Positions 1 to 9,621 of a DNA stretch of 64,000 bases are shown piece after piece. Position 1 is the first letter of the stretch. Each line of letters begins with the position of its first letter. The stretch lies in the sequence record DRR378314_409, one strand, 5' to 3'. Below the pieces are notes generated by a model that had not been told where the DNA came from, did not search any database, and worked only from the letters and a program-made list of their open reading frames with translations. Made by a program: the position numbers and the translations under genes.

Positions 1-2
1 CG

Positions 3-2444
3 CTGAATGTCGGCGATGTGAACGAAGCGGTTCATTCAGTTTCACTGGACGATAATTCGGTGAATGAGAGTGCGGGTATTGGGGATGTTGTTGGATCCGT
101 TGCCGCCATTGATCCTGAAAATGAAGCGCTTTCCTATACGTTGACGGATGACGCCGATGGGATGTTTACCATTGATGCGGCTACCGGTGAGATTAAGGTT
201 GCAGGCCCGCTCGATTATGAAACAACAACGAACTATGAGGTGAGCGTTGAGGTTTCTGATGGCACGCACACTGCCACTGAAACATTCACCATTAATATTG
301 ATGACAATTTATCGCCGGTTCTGTCCGGCGGTGGGAATGAAATCGAAATCCAACAGGTTGGTGATGCGGTTGATCTGAGCAATATGGATGTATTCCCTGA
401 GTTGAATACAGCCGGAGATGTGGAGGCGCGCGTTGGAACCGAGGTCTTTGAGGATATGGTTTCCGATGCGGAAAACCTGACCATCAATTATCAATCCGAA
501 GTGACCGTGACATTTGAAGGCGAGATTGCCGGATACCGCAATAGTATCGGTGCCTACCAGATCAATAGTGACGGAACATTGACCGGTGCGGAGCTTCTTT
601 GGGGCGATGCATCTAGTGACAAATTGGAAGCCGGTGTTTCCACCGCGACTTATGATGGGATTGAGACGGGTGCGACCCTGGGATTTTTCGTGATATCCAA
701 TGGGTTTGGTAAACTGCCTGACGAGGCCTATTCTGGTGATGGCAACAGTTTTCCCGAAGAAGGAAGCTGGATGTTTGTCAGCCCTGATTTTAACGCAGCC
801 AGTGATAACCCTGAAGATCATCTGTATAATATCAATACAGATAACGGAGTGCCCAAGCTGGTCTTTGTCGAGGCTGATGGCACCGTTCATACCCAAAGCG
901 GAGATGTGTTCCACTCCACCAATCAGGAGGAGTTTAACCCAGATAGCAACGAAGCTGTCCGGGAGCATTTTATCGCCGGTGTGGATCAGGACAACGGTAT
1001 TCTGAATTTCGGCTTTGAAGATACGAAAGGTGGCGGTGATCACGACTTTAATGACGGCATGTTCAGTGCGGAAATCGATGTCCGGGATCTGATGGAAGCG
1101 CCAAACCCGCTGTTTAGTCGGGATGAGCAAGGCCGTTCTTCTTTTGAAATTGAAGATCTGGATAGCGGTGAACTGCAACAGGTTGTGATCACTGTAAGCG
1201 ATGTCCAGGACGGAGACGCACTGTCGTTAAGCGGACCTTATAAAATCGTCGATGGTATGGTCCAAACCTATGATGGGCAGGATACCGGTATTGCCATTTC
1301 GATGGAGACTGAAGAGGGAACCACCACGCTAACCCTGAGCGGGGAAGGCGATTTGGATCATTATGAAGCGATTGTTCAGAATATCAATTTCTCCAACACC
1401 TCGGGCAGTCATGACATAGCGGGCGACCGGCCGATTACGGTTGTCGCAACCGACAGCGGCGGCGAAGTTTCCGCACCATTGGATGCGGTGTTCACGATTG
1501 CCATGGACGAAGCGGTTCATAGTGTGGGACTGGATAACGACAGTATTGCCGAAGATGCGTCCGAGGGGACGGTTCTGGGCACCGTTTCAGCGGTCGATCC
1601 GGAAGGTCGGGATCTGACCTATACCCTGAGCGATACAGCCGGTGGCCGATTTGAAATTGACACATCCACGGGTGAAATCCGACTGGCGGGATCTCTTGAC
1701 TATGAAACTGCCGACAGCCATCAGATTACGGTTGGTGTTAGCGACGGTGTAAATACAACTTATGAAATGTTTACGATCAATGTTGGTGATGTGGAAGAGG
1801 GAACACCCGGAGATCATATCGAGGGCACCAACAAGGCCGATAACCTGACCGGTACAGAAAATGACGATTACATTGATGCCTGGAATGGCGACGATGTGGT
1901 TTACGGTTTAGGAGGCAATGACACTATCGAAGGCGATAACCACGAGGACCTCATTTATGGCGGTTCGGGTGACGACAATATCGATGGTGGGCGTCATGAT
2001 GATACACTTTATGGTCAATCGGGTGATGATAATATATCCGGTGGCCATCATGACGATCTGATTTACGGCCAAAGTGGAAATGACACAATCGATGGCGGCA
2101 AACATGACGACACCATTTTTGGTGGGTCAGGTGAAGATCTGATAACTGGTGGTCAAGGTGACGATGTTGTTTATGGGGAAGCTGGAAATGACATTTTTGA
2201 GTTTGGATTAGACGATGGGATGGATACATTTTCCGGCGGCGTTGGCGGCGGCTGGTCTGATACCATTGTTCTTTCTGACGGCGCGCCATCGGGAGAGGTC
2301 GGCGATTGGCTGACATTGACCAGTGGATCAATCGAATCCACTGAAGATGGTGAGATTTTCTTGTCTGAAGATGCGGCTGGTACCATTACATTGGATGATA
2401 ATGCCGTTCTGACCTTTGAGGGTGTTGAAAAAATAGAAGGCTAG
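3..2444 (+). CDS. Large RTX/cadherin-domain secreted protein (adhesin-like), 5' end outside window
   Basis: Frame is open to the window edge (LNVGDVNE). Two cadherin-like domains (A.DPE..., LDYET motifs), a DUF4114-like motif GFED..GGGDHDFND, C-terminal GGxGxD nonapeptides and an acidic T1SS-type tail (FEGVEKIEG). Confidence 0.85.
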   Translation: MNVGDVNEAVHSVSLDDNSVNESAGIGDVVGSVAAIDPENEALSYTLTDDADGMFTIDAATGEIKVAGPLDYETTTNYEVSVEVSDGTHTATETFTINIDDNLSPVLSGGGNEIEIQQVGDAVDLSNMDVFPELNTAGDVEARVGTEVFEDMVSDAENLTINYQSEVTVTFEGEIAGYRNSIGAYQINSDGTLTGAELLWGDASSDKLEAGVSTATYDGIETGATLGFFVISNGFGKLPDEAYSGDGNSFPEEGSWMFVSPDFNAASDNPEDHLYNINTDNGVPKLVFVEADGTVHTQSGDVFHSTNQEEFNPDSNEAVREHFIAGVDQDNGILNFGFEDTKGGGDHDFNDGMFSAEIDVRDLMEAPNPLFSRDEQGRSSFEIEDLDSGELQQVVITVSDVQDGDALSLSGPYKIVDGMVQTYDGQDTGIAISMETEEGTTTLTLSGEGDLDHYEAIVQNINFSNTSGSHDIAGDRPITVVATDSGGEVSAPLDAVFTIAMDEAVHSVGLDNDSIAEDASEGTVLGTVSAVDPEGRDLTYTLSDTAGGRFEIDTSTGEIRLAGSLDYETADSHQITVGVSDGVNTTYEMFTINVGDVEEGTPGDHIEGTNKADNLTGTENDDYIDAWNGDDVVYGLGGNDTIEGDNHEDLIYGGSGDDNIDGGRHDDTLYGQSGDDNISGGHHDDLIYGQSGNDTIDGGKHDDTIFGGSGEDLITGGQGDDVVYGEAGNDIFEFGLDDGMDTFSGGVGGGWSDTIVLSDGAPSGEVGDWLTLTSGSIESTEDGEIFLSEDAAGTITLDDNAVLTFEGVEKIEG
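1821..2195 (+). repeat. RTX nonapeptide tandem repeats (27/54-nt period)
   Basis: Translated repeats e.g. GGSGDDNID-GGRHDDTLY-GQSGDDNIS-GGHHDDLIY-GQSGNDTID-GGKHDDTIF. Confidence 0.9.
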
Positions 2445-2624
2445 ACTCTTCGGGAAACACTGGGCAATATGCGTGCGTTGTTTGTGCGCATATGAGCTTA
2501 GTGTCCCAAAATCTTTGGCAAGCTCGAGTGCAAACAGTCTCGTGAAACTTCGTAATTTAGTGGCGTATCGTTTTATGGCTGCACGGAGATGTGCAGTTTT
2601 TGTGTGAAGTGGGCTCTCCAGACA

Positions 2625-4550
2625 ATGACGTCTGATAGCAGTTTACATACCATCCTGCAGGATGCGGTTGATCGGGCTACAGATGCAATTGTGATCTATG
2701 GCAAAGATGGTCGCGTCCTTTTCGGTAACAGAAAATACCGAAACCTTTACGGGTATCCCGACAGCTTTTTCAACGCAGATACATCAATTGTTGATTTGGT
2801 GCGCCATGACCTGAAAACGGGTAAGGTGGATCCGGATCAGACAAGCTACATGCGCAATCTGAACCGTGAAACTGGGGGCGCAGGTGAAGATGCGCCCAAT
2901 TCCAGTTATTTTCTGGAACTGAATGATGGCACGCATCTGCATATCTCTGAATATGAGTTGGATGACGGCAGCCTTGCCAGTGTTCAAAGGGATGTCACGG
3001 CCCTGAAAAGCCAGGAGAAAGAGGCCTTGTGGAATGCGGAGCTGTTTAGGTCCGCTTTTAATATGAACGCAAGTATCTGTTCCCTTTCCGAACTGGAGAC
3101 AGGCCGGTTTCTGGATGTTAACCAGAATTGGCTGGATACCATGGGATATGAGCGGGATGAAATCGTGGGGGTTACGGCTGGCGAGTTAGGCTTGTGGGCT
3201 GATCACGGTGGGCGGGAATTAGTAATTGATGAAATTCGTAAAAACCCGCAGCTTCGCAATTTGCGTACAACGGTTTTACGAAAAGACGGCGAGGCTCTTG
3301 ATATCATCCTGAATTCTGAAGTGCTTCAGATTGATGGGCTGAGCTATCTTTATATCTCCTCCCGCAATATCACTGAAGAGTTGAAGACGGAATTCGAACT
3401 GACCGTGAGCCGGGAGAGGCTGGATGATTTTAACAAGATCAGCTCCGACTGGTACTGGGAAACGGATTCCATGCTTCGTTTTACTTTTATTTCTGCGCTT
3501 GTTGAGGAAACATCCGGTATTGCATCGCAAACCTATCTGGGTGCCACAGTGGCAGATGTGCTTGGGACCAGTGGCCGAAATCAGGCCGCCCTTCGCCAGA
3601 TATTTGCACTGATGAGTGAGAAAAAACCGTTCCGTGAACATATCATTTATCGCTTTAATCAAAACACGGGCGAGAAGCGTTGGGTGCGGATCAGTGGACT
3701 GCCTTTCTTTGGTGTGGATGGAGTGTTCGCTGGTTATCGCGGTTGCAGCGCAGATGTGACCGATCAGGTCAACATGCAGGAGCGGGTGAAGCAGTCTCAT
3801 AAGCTTGAGGCGGTGGGGCAGTTGACCGGTGGCGTTGCCCATGACTTTAACAATATGCTGGCCGTTATTCAGGGAAATGCCGAACTGGTGATGGAAGCGC
3901 TGGGCGATAGTCATCCTGAACTTGTTCACCATTTAAAAGCAATTATGCGCGCCTCAGACAGGGGAGCAAGCCTGACTGAAAATATGCTGGCCTTTTCGCG
4001 CAGTCAAAAACTGGAGCCCAAGGTCGTGGATCTGGACCGGTTTGTGGACACGGAGCTTGAAAATATCCGTAAAGCCATGGGCCCGGAAATTACTATTCGA
4101 ACGGATCGGGACCGGGATTTGTGGCAGTGCTCAGTTGATGCGAAAAAGCTTGAGACCGCCTTGATGAATATTTGTCTGAATGCGCGGGAAGCCATGCCCG
4201 ATGGCGGCACCCTGACCATTGAAACCCGAAATTTGACAGTGGATCAGACTTACGCCCTGATGGAAAAAGAGGTGGAGCAGGGCAGATATGTTTCCTTGAT
4301 CGTCAGCGATACGGGTGTTGGTATTTCACCAGAAAAGCTTTCCCATGTTATTGAGCCTTTTTACACCACCAAGGAAATGGGAAGTGGCGCCGGGCTTGGG
4401 TTGAGCATGGTGTATGGCTTTGCCCGCCAATCGAATGGGACCTGCTCTTTATATTCGGAGGTGGGAATTGGCACAACGGTGCGATTACTCTTGCCGATTG
4501 CCGAAGGGGCTCAGCAAAGCGACAGTCAAGTCCAGGAACTTCAGGATTGA
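2625..4550 (+). CDS. Cytoplasmic multi-PAS sensor histidine kinase, no receiver domain (alternative start 2589)
   Basis: Three PAS-like segments; H-box GQLTGGVAHDFNN, N-box NAREAM, G1 DTGVG, F/G2 FYTTKEMGSGAGLGL. Confidence 0.9.
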   Translation: MTSDSSLHTILQDAVDRATDAIVIYGKDGRVLFGNRKYRNLYGYPDSFFNADTSIVDLVRHDLKTGKVDPDQTSYMRNLNRETGGAGEDAPNSSYFLELNDGTHLHISEYELDDGSLASVQRDVTALKSQEKEALWNAELFRSAFNMNASICSLSELETGRFLDVNQNWLDTMGYERDEIVGVTAGELGLWADHGGRELVIDEIRKNPQLRNLRTTVLRKDGEALDIILNSEVLQIDGLSYLYISSRNITEELKTEFELTVSRERLDDFNKISSDWYWETDSMLRFTFISALVEETSGIASQTYLGATVADVLGTSGRNQAALRQIFALMSEKKPFREHIIYRFNQNTGEKRWVRISGLPFFGVDGVFAGYRGCSADVTDQVNMQERVKQSHKLEAVGQLTGGVAHDFNNMLAVIQGNAELVMEALGDSHPELVHHLKAIMRASDRGASLTENMLAFSRSQKLEPKVVDLDRFVDTELENIRKAMGPEITIRTDRDRDLWQCSVDAKKLETALMNICLNAREAMPDGGTLTIETRNLTVDQTYALMEKEVEQGRYVSLIVSDTGVGISPEKLSHVIEPFYTTKEMGSGAGLGLSMVYGFARQSNGTCSLYSEVGIGTTVRLLLPIAEGAQQSDSQVQELQD

Positions 4551-4638
4551 TCCTGTCTTCAGAACTAGCCGTTTATTTTCGCGGAAAAACCTGCTAGATC
4601 AGGCCTGCAATTCAATGCAGTGACTGGTATGGAGTGAC

Positions 4639-5067
4639 ATGGCCGAAACCGTAGCCCCGACAGAAGAGATCATTCAGGATTATAAAGACGCGTTCGAGTT
4701 CCTTGACGACTGGACTGATCGCTATGGTTATATCATTGATCTTGGCAAGAAGTTGCCCCCCTTCCCAGAAGAGTTGCGGGTGGAAGAAAATCTGATGCCC
4801 GGTTGTCAATCCCAGGTGTGGCTGATTTCCTATATGGAAGGTGACCGGTTGCGCTTTCAGGCGATCAGTGATGCGATGATTGTCAGTGGTCTGATTGCAT
4901 TGATTCTGGGTGTTTATGATAATCATACGCCGGAAGAGATCCTGAAAACCGGTTCGGATTTTGTTGAGGAATTGGGCCTTCAGAAACATCTGTCCCCATC
5001 CCGAAGCAATGGACTGCATTCTTTGGTGCAGCATGTCATGGCCGCCGCCAAGCGCCACGCAGGTTAA
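4639..5067 (+). CDS. sufE: SufE-family sulfur acceptor protein
   Basis: DWTDRYGYIIDLG, GCQSQVW (active Cys), LSPSRSNG motifs; GGAG RBS. Confidence 0.93.
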   Translation: MAETVAPTEEIIQDYKDAFEFLDDWTDRYGYIIDLGKKLPPFPEELRVEENLMPGCQSQVWLISYMEGDRLRFQAISDAMIVSGLIALILGVYDNHTPEEILKTGSDFVEELGLQKHLSPSRSNGLHSLVQHVMAAAKRHAG

Positions 5068-5182
5068 GGCGGCTTTTTCCCTTCTTGACGTTTTCCCGGC
5101 GATAGGTCTTTCGTGATTGATCCTGGCGGTGTAGATTATGGATTAATCAAGAAAGAACTGCACATAAGTGCCCGGGGAAGCC

Positions 5183-8100
5183 ATGCCAATAAAACGTCTG
5201 TTGATTGCCAATCGCGCAGAGATTGCAGTCCGAATTTTCCGTACCGCCCGCAATCTGGGAATGGAAGTTGTGGGCATTGCCCCAAAGGATGATCTTGCCG
5301 CGCTTCATGCCCTGATGCTGCCAGAGATCGCGCAGCTGAGCGGTGAAGGAACAGCAGCTTATCTGGACATTGAAAATATTCTGAAGCTGGCAAAAGATCA
5401 TAAAATTGATGCCATCCATCCGGGATATGGGTTTTTAAGTGAAAACGCGACATTTGCCCGGCGCTGCGAAGAAGAAGGTTTGATATTCATTGGTCCGGAT
5501 CATCAAACACTGGCGCGGCTTTCTGATAAAAGCGCAGCGCGGACCCTGGCAATGGACTGTTCTGTGCCGGTGCTTGCCGGGCGAAATGAGGCTGTCAGTC
5601 TTGAGCTGGCAACAGAATTTTTTGCATCCCTCAAAAGAGGCAGCGGCATGTTCATCAAGGCAATCGCAGGTGGCGGTGGCCGGGGCATGCGGCTTGTCAC
5701 CGATGCTGCGGATATTCGCGATGCCTATGAAAGTGCGGCGCGTGAAGCCGAAGCCTCCTTTGGAAATGGCGATCTTTACGTGGAGCGGTATATGCCCGAC
5801 GCCCGGCATATTGAAGTGCAGATCCTTGGTGATGGAGAGGATGTCCTGCATTTTCATGAGCGCGAATGCTCATTGCAGCGGCGCAATCAGAAGGTTCTGG
5901 AAATTGCCCCGGCGGTTGATTTGGACCCGACGGTCAAGAGTGCGCTATTGGAGGCGGCCGTTCAGATGGCCAAGGCCGTTTCCTATAAAGGGCTTGGGAC
6001 ATTTGAATTTCTGGTGTCCGCAAAGGATGACAGCTATGCCTTTATGGAGGCTAACCCGCGCATTCAGGTGGAGCATACCGTTACCGAAGAAATTCTTGAT
6101 GTGGATCTTGTCGACGCTCAGTTGCGGGTTTTTGCAGGTGAGAAATTGACGGCCCAAGGGCTGATGGCGTTGACGCTGGAGCCCCGGGGTTATGCCATTC
6201 AGGCACGGATCAATGCGGAACATTATAATAAGAAGGGGCGCTTGCTCCCCTCTGGGGGGAGTATTACCCGAAATGAAGTCCCGCAAGGTCGGGGGATCCG
6301 GATTGACAGTGCAGCTTATGCAGGGTGGCAGTCCAACCCCCGTTATGACTCGCTGCTGGCAAAGTTGATTGTCAGCGACCCACGGGGAAGCTACCGGGAT
6401 GCGCTGGCCAAGATGGATCAGGCGCTTGCTGATTATGAGATTGAGGGGGTGAAAACCTCTATCGGCTTTTTGCGGGCGTTGATCGGGCAGGAAGCGGTTC
6501 AAAAAGGGTCGGTGACGACCGGCTACATCGATGCCCATTTACCAGATATTCTGGCGCAGATCACCGAACCCACCTCCATCCATCAGGGCGCCAGTGACAC
6601 ATCTGCGCCCGTTGAGGACGCTGCCCAAAAGGCCGAGAATATCGTCGTTGCCCCGCTGCCGGGAACGGTTGTCAGTTATCTGGTGGCGGTGGGCGAAACC
6701 GTTCGTAAAGGCCAGGAATTGGCCGTTCTGGAAGCCATGAAGATGGAGCATCTAATCCACGCCCCAAGCCATGGAACCGTGATCGCCCTGCACCGCAAGG
6801 TTGGGGAGACCCTGAATGAAGGTAGCGGTATTTTACAATTAGAGCCGCTTGAAGAAGTGGCTGAGGATCAGGAAATAGCGGAGGCGCTGGATCTGGATTT
6901 CATTCGCCCGGACCTGGCGGAGTTGCTGGACAGGAAGCTGGCGCTTCTGGATGAGGCGCGCCCCGAAGCCGTTGCCAAACGGCGCAGCAAGGGCAAAAAC
7001 ATGATCCGGGAGAATATCAGTCATTTGGTGGATGCCGGTAGTTTTTCAGAATATGGCGGTCTTAATCTGGCGGCGCAGCGATCCCGTCACTCCGTTGAAG
7101 TGCTGGAGAAAATCAGCCCTGCGGATGGTATGGTTTGTGGAACCGGATCGATAAATGCAGATCAGTTCGGGGAGGAGGCCGCAGCCGTTGCAATCCTTGG
7201 ATATGATTATACGGTCTTTGCTGGCACACAAGGGGGCATGAACCACAAGAAAACTGACCGGATGCTTCATCTGGCGGAAGAGCGCCGCCTGCCGATTATT
7301 TTCTACGGAGAAGGCGGCGGTGGTCGTCCGGGTGATACGGATATTTTCGCCGCGTCCACCCTGGATGTGCCAACCTTTCAAACCTACGCTCGTATGTCCG
7401 GTCTGGTGCCGCGGATCGCCATCGCCTCTGGCCGGTGTTTTGCCGGAAATGCAGCCTTGATGGGGGTCAGTGATATTCTGATCGCAACCCAGGATACGTC
7501 CATCGGGATGGGCGGCCCCGCCATGATCGAAGGCGGCGGACTTGGCACCTATACGCCTGAAGAAGTCGGACCTGTTTCTGTGCAGGGCCCGAACGGGGTG
7601 ATTGACATTGTGGTGGCGGATGAAACCGAAGCAACCGCAGTCGCAAAAAAAGTGTTGTCTTATTTTCAAGGGAAGGTGGCCCAATTCGAAGAACATGATC
7701 AGCGGGAGCTCAGATTTGCCATCCCTGAGAACCGGCTTCGGGTTTATGATATTCGAAACGTGATAGACTTGCTGGCCGATAAACAATCGGTACAGGAGCT
7801 TCGGCCAGACTTTGCCGAGGGTATGCTAACCGGGTTCCTTCGCATCGGGGGTCATCCTGTTGGCTATATCGCCAATAACCCGAAACATCTGGGCGGTGCC
7901 ATTGATGCGGACGGATCAGAGAAAGCCGCCCGGCATATCCAGTTATGCGATGCTTTTGATATTCCGATCCTCAGTCTTTGTGATACGCCCGGCTTTATGG
8001 TGGGTCCGGATGCTGAAAAAACGGCACTGGTTCGAAAAACTTCCCGTTTATTTGCCGCAGCGGGCAGCATTACGGTTCCCGTATATACCCTGATCTTACG

Positions 8101-8458
8101 CAAAGGATACGGGCTTGGTGCGCAGGCCATGGGCGGCGGATCCACGCATGTGCCGTTTGTGACCCTGGCCTGGCCAACTGGTGAAATGGGCCCTATGGGT
8201 CTTGAAGGGGCGGTGCGTCTGGGCTTCAAAAAAGAATTGGCTGCGATAGAAGATGAAGCTGAGCGGCAAGCCACTTTTGAAGCGATGGTCGCGAAAGCCT
8301 ATAAGCGGGGTAAGGCGACAAATGCCGCCGCGTTTATGGAAATTGATGATGTTATCGACCCGGCAACCAGTCGGGATCGCTTGATTAAAGCCATTAGAGC
8401 CAGCCATTTTCCAAAACCCCGTTCCGGTAAAAAGCGCACCTTTGTGGACACATGGTAG
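5183..8458 (+). CDS. Single-chain acyl-CoA carboxylase (biotin carboxylase + biotin carrier + carboxyltransferase)
   Basis: LIANRAEIA, HPGYGFLSEN, GGGGRGM, RIQVEH (BC); EAMKM biotinylation motif; CT motifs GGGGRPGD, DTPGFMVG. Confidence 0.93.
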   Translation: MPIKRLLIANRAEIAVRIFRTARNLGMEVVGIAPKDDLAALHALMLPEIAQLSGEGTAAYLDIENILKLAKDHKIDAIHPGYGFLSENATFARRCEEEGLIFIGPDHQTLARLSDKSAARTLAMDCSVPVLAGRNEAVSLELATEFFASLKRGSGMFIKAIAGGGGRGMRLVTDAADIRDAYESAAREAEASFGNGDLYVERYMPDARHIEVQILGDGEDVLHFHERECSLQRRNQKVLEIAPAVDLDPTVKSALLEAAVQMAKAVSYKGLGTFEFLVSAKDDSYAFMEANPRIQVEHTVTEEILDVDLVDAQLRVFAGEKLTAQGLMALTLEPRGYAIQARINAEHYNKKGRLLPSGGSITRNEVPQGRGIRIDSAAYAGWQSNPRYDSLLAKLIVSDPRGSYRDALAKMDQALADYEIEGVKTSIGFLRALIGQEAVQKGSVTTGYIDAHLPDILAQITEPTSIHQGASDTSAPVEDAAQKAENIVVAPLPGTVVSYLVAVGETVRKGQELAVLEAMKMEHLIHAPSHGTVIALHRKVGETLNEGSGILQLEPLEEVAEDQEIAEALDLDFIRPDLAELLDRKLALLDEARPEAVAKRRSKGKNMIRENISHLVDAGSFSEYGGLNLAAQRSRHSVEVLEKISPADGMVCGTGSINADQFGEEAAAVAILGYDYTVFAGTQGGMNHKKTDRMLHLAEERRLPIIFYGEGGGGRPGDTDIFAASTLDVPTFQTYARMSGLVPRIAIASGRCFAGNAALMGVSDILIATQDTSIGMGGPAMIEGGGLGTYTPEEVGPVSVQGPNGVIDIVVADETEATAVAKKVLSYFQGKVAQFEEHDQRELRFAIPENRLRVYDIRNVIDLLADKQSVQELRPDFAEGMLTGFLRIGGHPVGYIANNPKHLGGAIDADGSEKAARHIQLCDAFDIPILSLCDTPGFMVGPDAEKTALVRKTSRLFAAAGSITVPVYTLILRKGYGLGAQAMGGGSTHVPFVTLAWPTGEMGPMGLEGAVRLGFKKELAAIEDEAERQATFEAMVAKAYKRGKATNAAAFMEIDDVIDPATSRDRLIKAIRASHFPKPRSGKKRTFVDTW

Positions 8459-8467
8459 GGGAATTGC

Positions 8468-9376
8468 CTAAGCGGAGAAATCGCGCGTACTGATAAATGG
8501 CTCCAGCCGGGTTTTGAAATGCCTGATGAAATCCTGCATCAACAGGGAGCGCGGGTGGAATTTTGGATAGAGCAGGTCCAGACGAAACAGGATTTCCGGC
8601 TCAAACGGTCGGGCAATTAGACCTCGGTTCGTATATTCTGCGGCATCAATGGAACTGACAATCGCTGCGCCGACACCCTGCATGGCGAGCAGGCAGGCCG
8701 TGGCGAACTGGCGAACCTCTACCTTTACATTCAGGGCAACCCCATTTTTATCGAAGGTGGATTTAACCCGATGGAAAAACCGGTTCTCCTGATCCTGAAC
8801 AATCATCGGCATATTGTGTAAATCACCGACGTGAATCACTCTCTGTCCGGCAAGGGGGTGCTGCGGAGACATGACGCAGAGCGTTCGAATATCCAGCGGC
8901 TCGTTTTGAACGGCGGTATGCCCCTCAAATTCATCAGCAACCCCGATATCATATTGCTGGGCGGCAATCCATTCACGCACCCGAAGGCCAGAGCGGGTTT
9001 GAATGGAAATTGTGACGTCTTCACGCGCCTTTAAAAACTCTGCAATAACAGACGGCATCAAGGATGTGGCAAAGCCTGAAAGGCAGGCGATCCGCAGGTG
9101 TCCAGCTTTTTGGTTTCGAATATCTTCGGATAGCCGGGAGAGGTTTTCAAGGTTGGAAACCGCCCGGTCAACTTCCTCCAAAAGGAATTTTGCTTCATAG
9201 GATGGGTATAAACGGCCTTGTCTGCGTTCAAATAAAGCCAGGCCCATAGACTCTTCAAGACTAGCAATCAAGCGGCTTACAGCAGGTTGGGAGATGCCAA
9301 GGATGCGCGCGGCAGAGGTAACGCCGCCGGTCGACATGACGGCCCGGAAGGCTTCGAGCTGACGGAGACGAATCAT
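8468..9376 (-). CDS. LysR-family transcriptional regulator
   Basis: N-terminal HTH LRQLEAF...SQPAVSRLI..LE, 302 aa; divergent from ugpB. Confidence 0.93.
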   Translation of the reverse strand: MIRLRQLEAFRAVMSTGGVTSAARILGISQPAVSRLIASLEESMGLALFERRQGRLYPSYEAKFLLEEVDRAVSNLENLSRLSEDIRNQKAGHLRIACLSGFATSLMPSVIAEFLKAREDVTISIQTRSGLRVREWIAAQQYDIGVADEFEGHTAVQNEPLDIRTLCVMSPQHPLAGQRVIHVGDLHNMPMIVQDQENRFFHRVKSTFDKNGVALNVKVEVRQFATACLLAMQGVGAAIVSSIDAAEYTNRGLIARPFEPEILFRLDLLYPKFHPRSLLMQDFIRHFKTRLEPFISTRDFSA

Positions 9377-9405
9377 AGAGGGTGTCGATCTAAAAAGAGG
9401 CAGTA

Positions 9406-9422
9406 CATAACATAATGTTATG
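9406..9422. promoter_or_regulatory. LysR-type T-N11-A operator
   Basis: Palindrome CATAACAT-A-ATGTTATG, 30 nt upstream of the LysR start. Confidence 0.7.
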
Positions 9423-9485
9423 GATTAATTCTAAGCCTTTATCAAGGGTGAAGAAAAATGAAGGTTAAACGGTATTAATTCGCAC

Positions 9486-9503
9486 TTGTCATTAAACGGT
9501 CAT
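9486..9503 (+). promoter_or_regulatory. Pho box upstream of ugpB
   Basis: TTGTCAT-TAAA-CGGTCAT; each half matches CTGTCAT at 6/7, with an A/T 4-nt spacer. Confidence 0.75.
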
Positions 9504-9621
9504 TGAAGGAAGTCTAAATCCCCCTATTGTGAGCGGGGGGAGGAGTTTAACCTCCGTTGATAAACAATGAACCGCGGCTCATTAAGAGCCACAAAATGAC
9601 GTACATCAATAGGGAAACGAT

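Noticed and set aside
1821-2195. Periodic DNA resembling a CRISPR or VNTR array
   Set aside because: In-frame 27/54-nt coding repeats with synonymous variation and no spacers: RTX motifs.
2515-2533. Sigma-54 promoter TTGGCA...TGCA before the PAS kinase
   Set aside because: GG-to-GC spacing is 11 nt rather than the required 10.
9522-9614. CCCTATTG complementary to the ugpB SD region CAATAGGG
   Set aside because: The Pho-box position puts the likely TSS within or after the upstream arm, so it is probably not fully transcribed.
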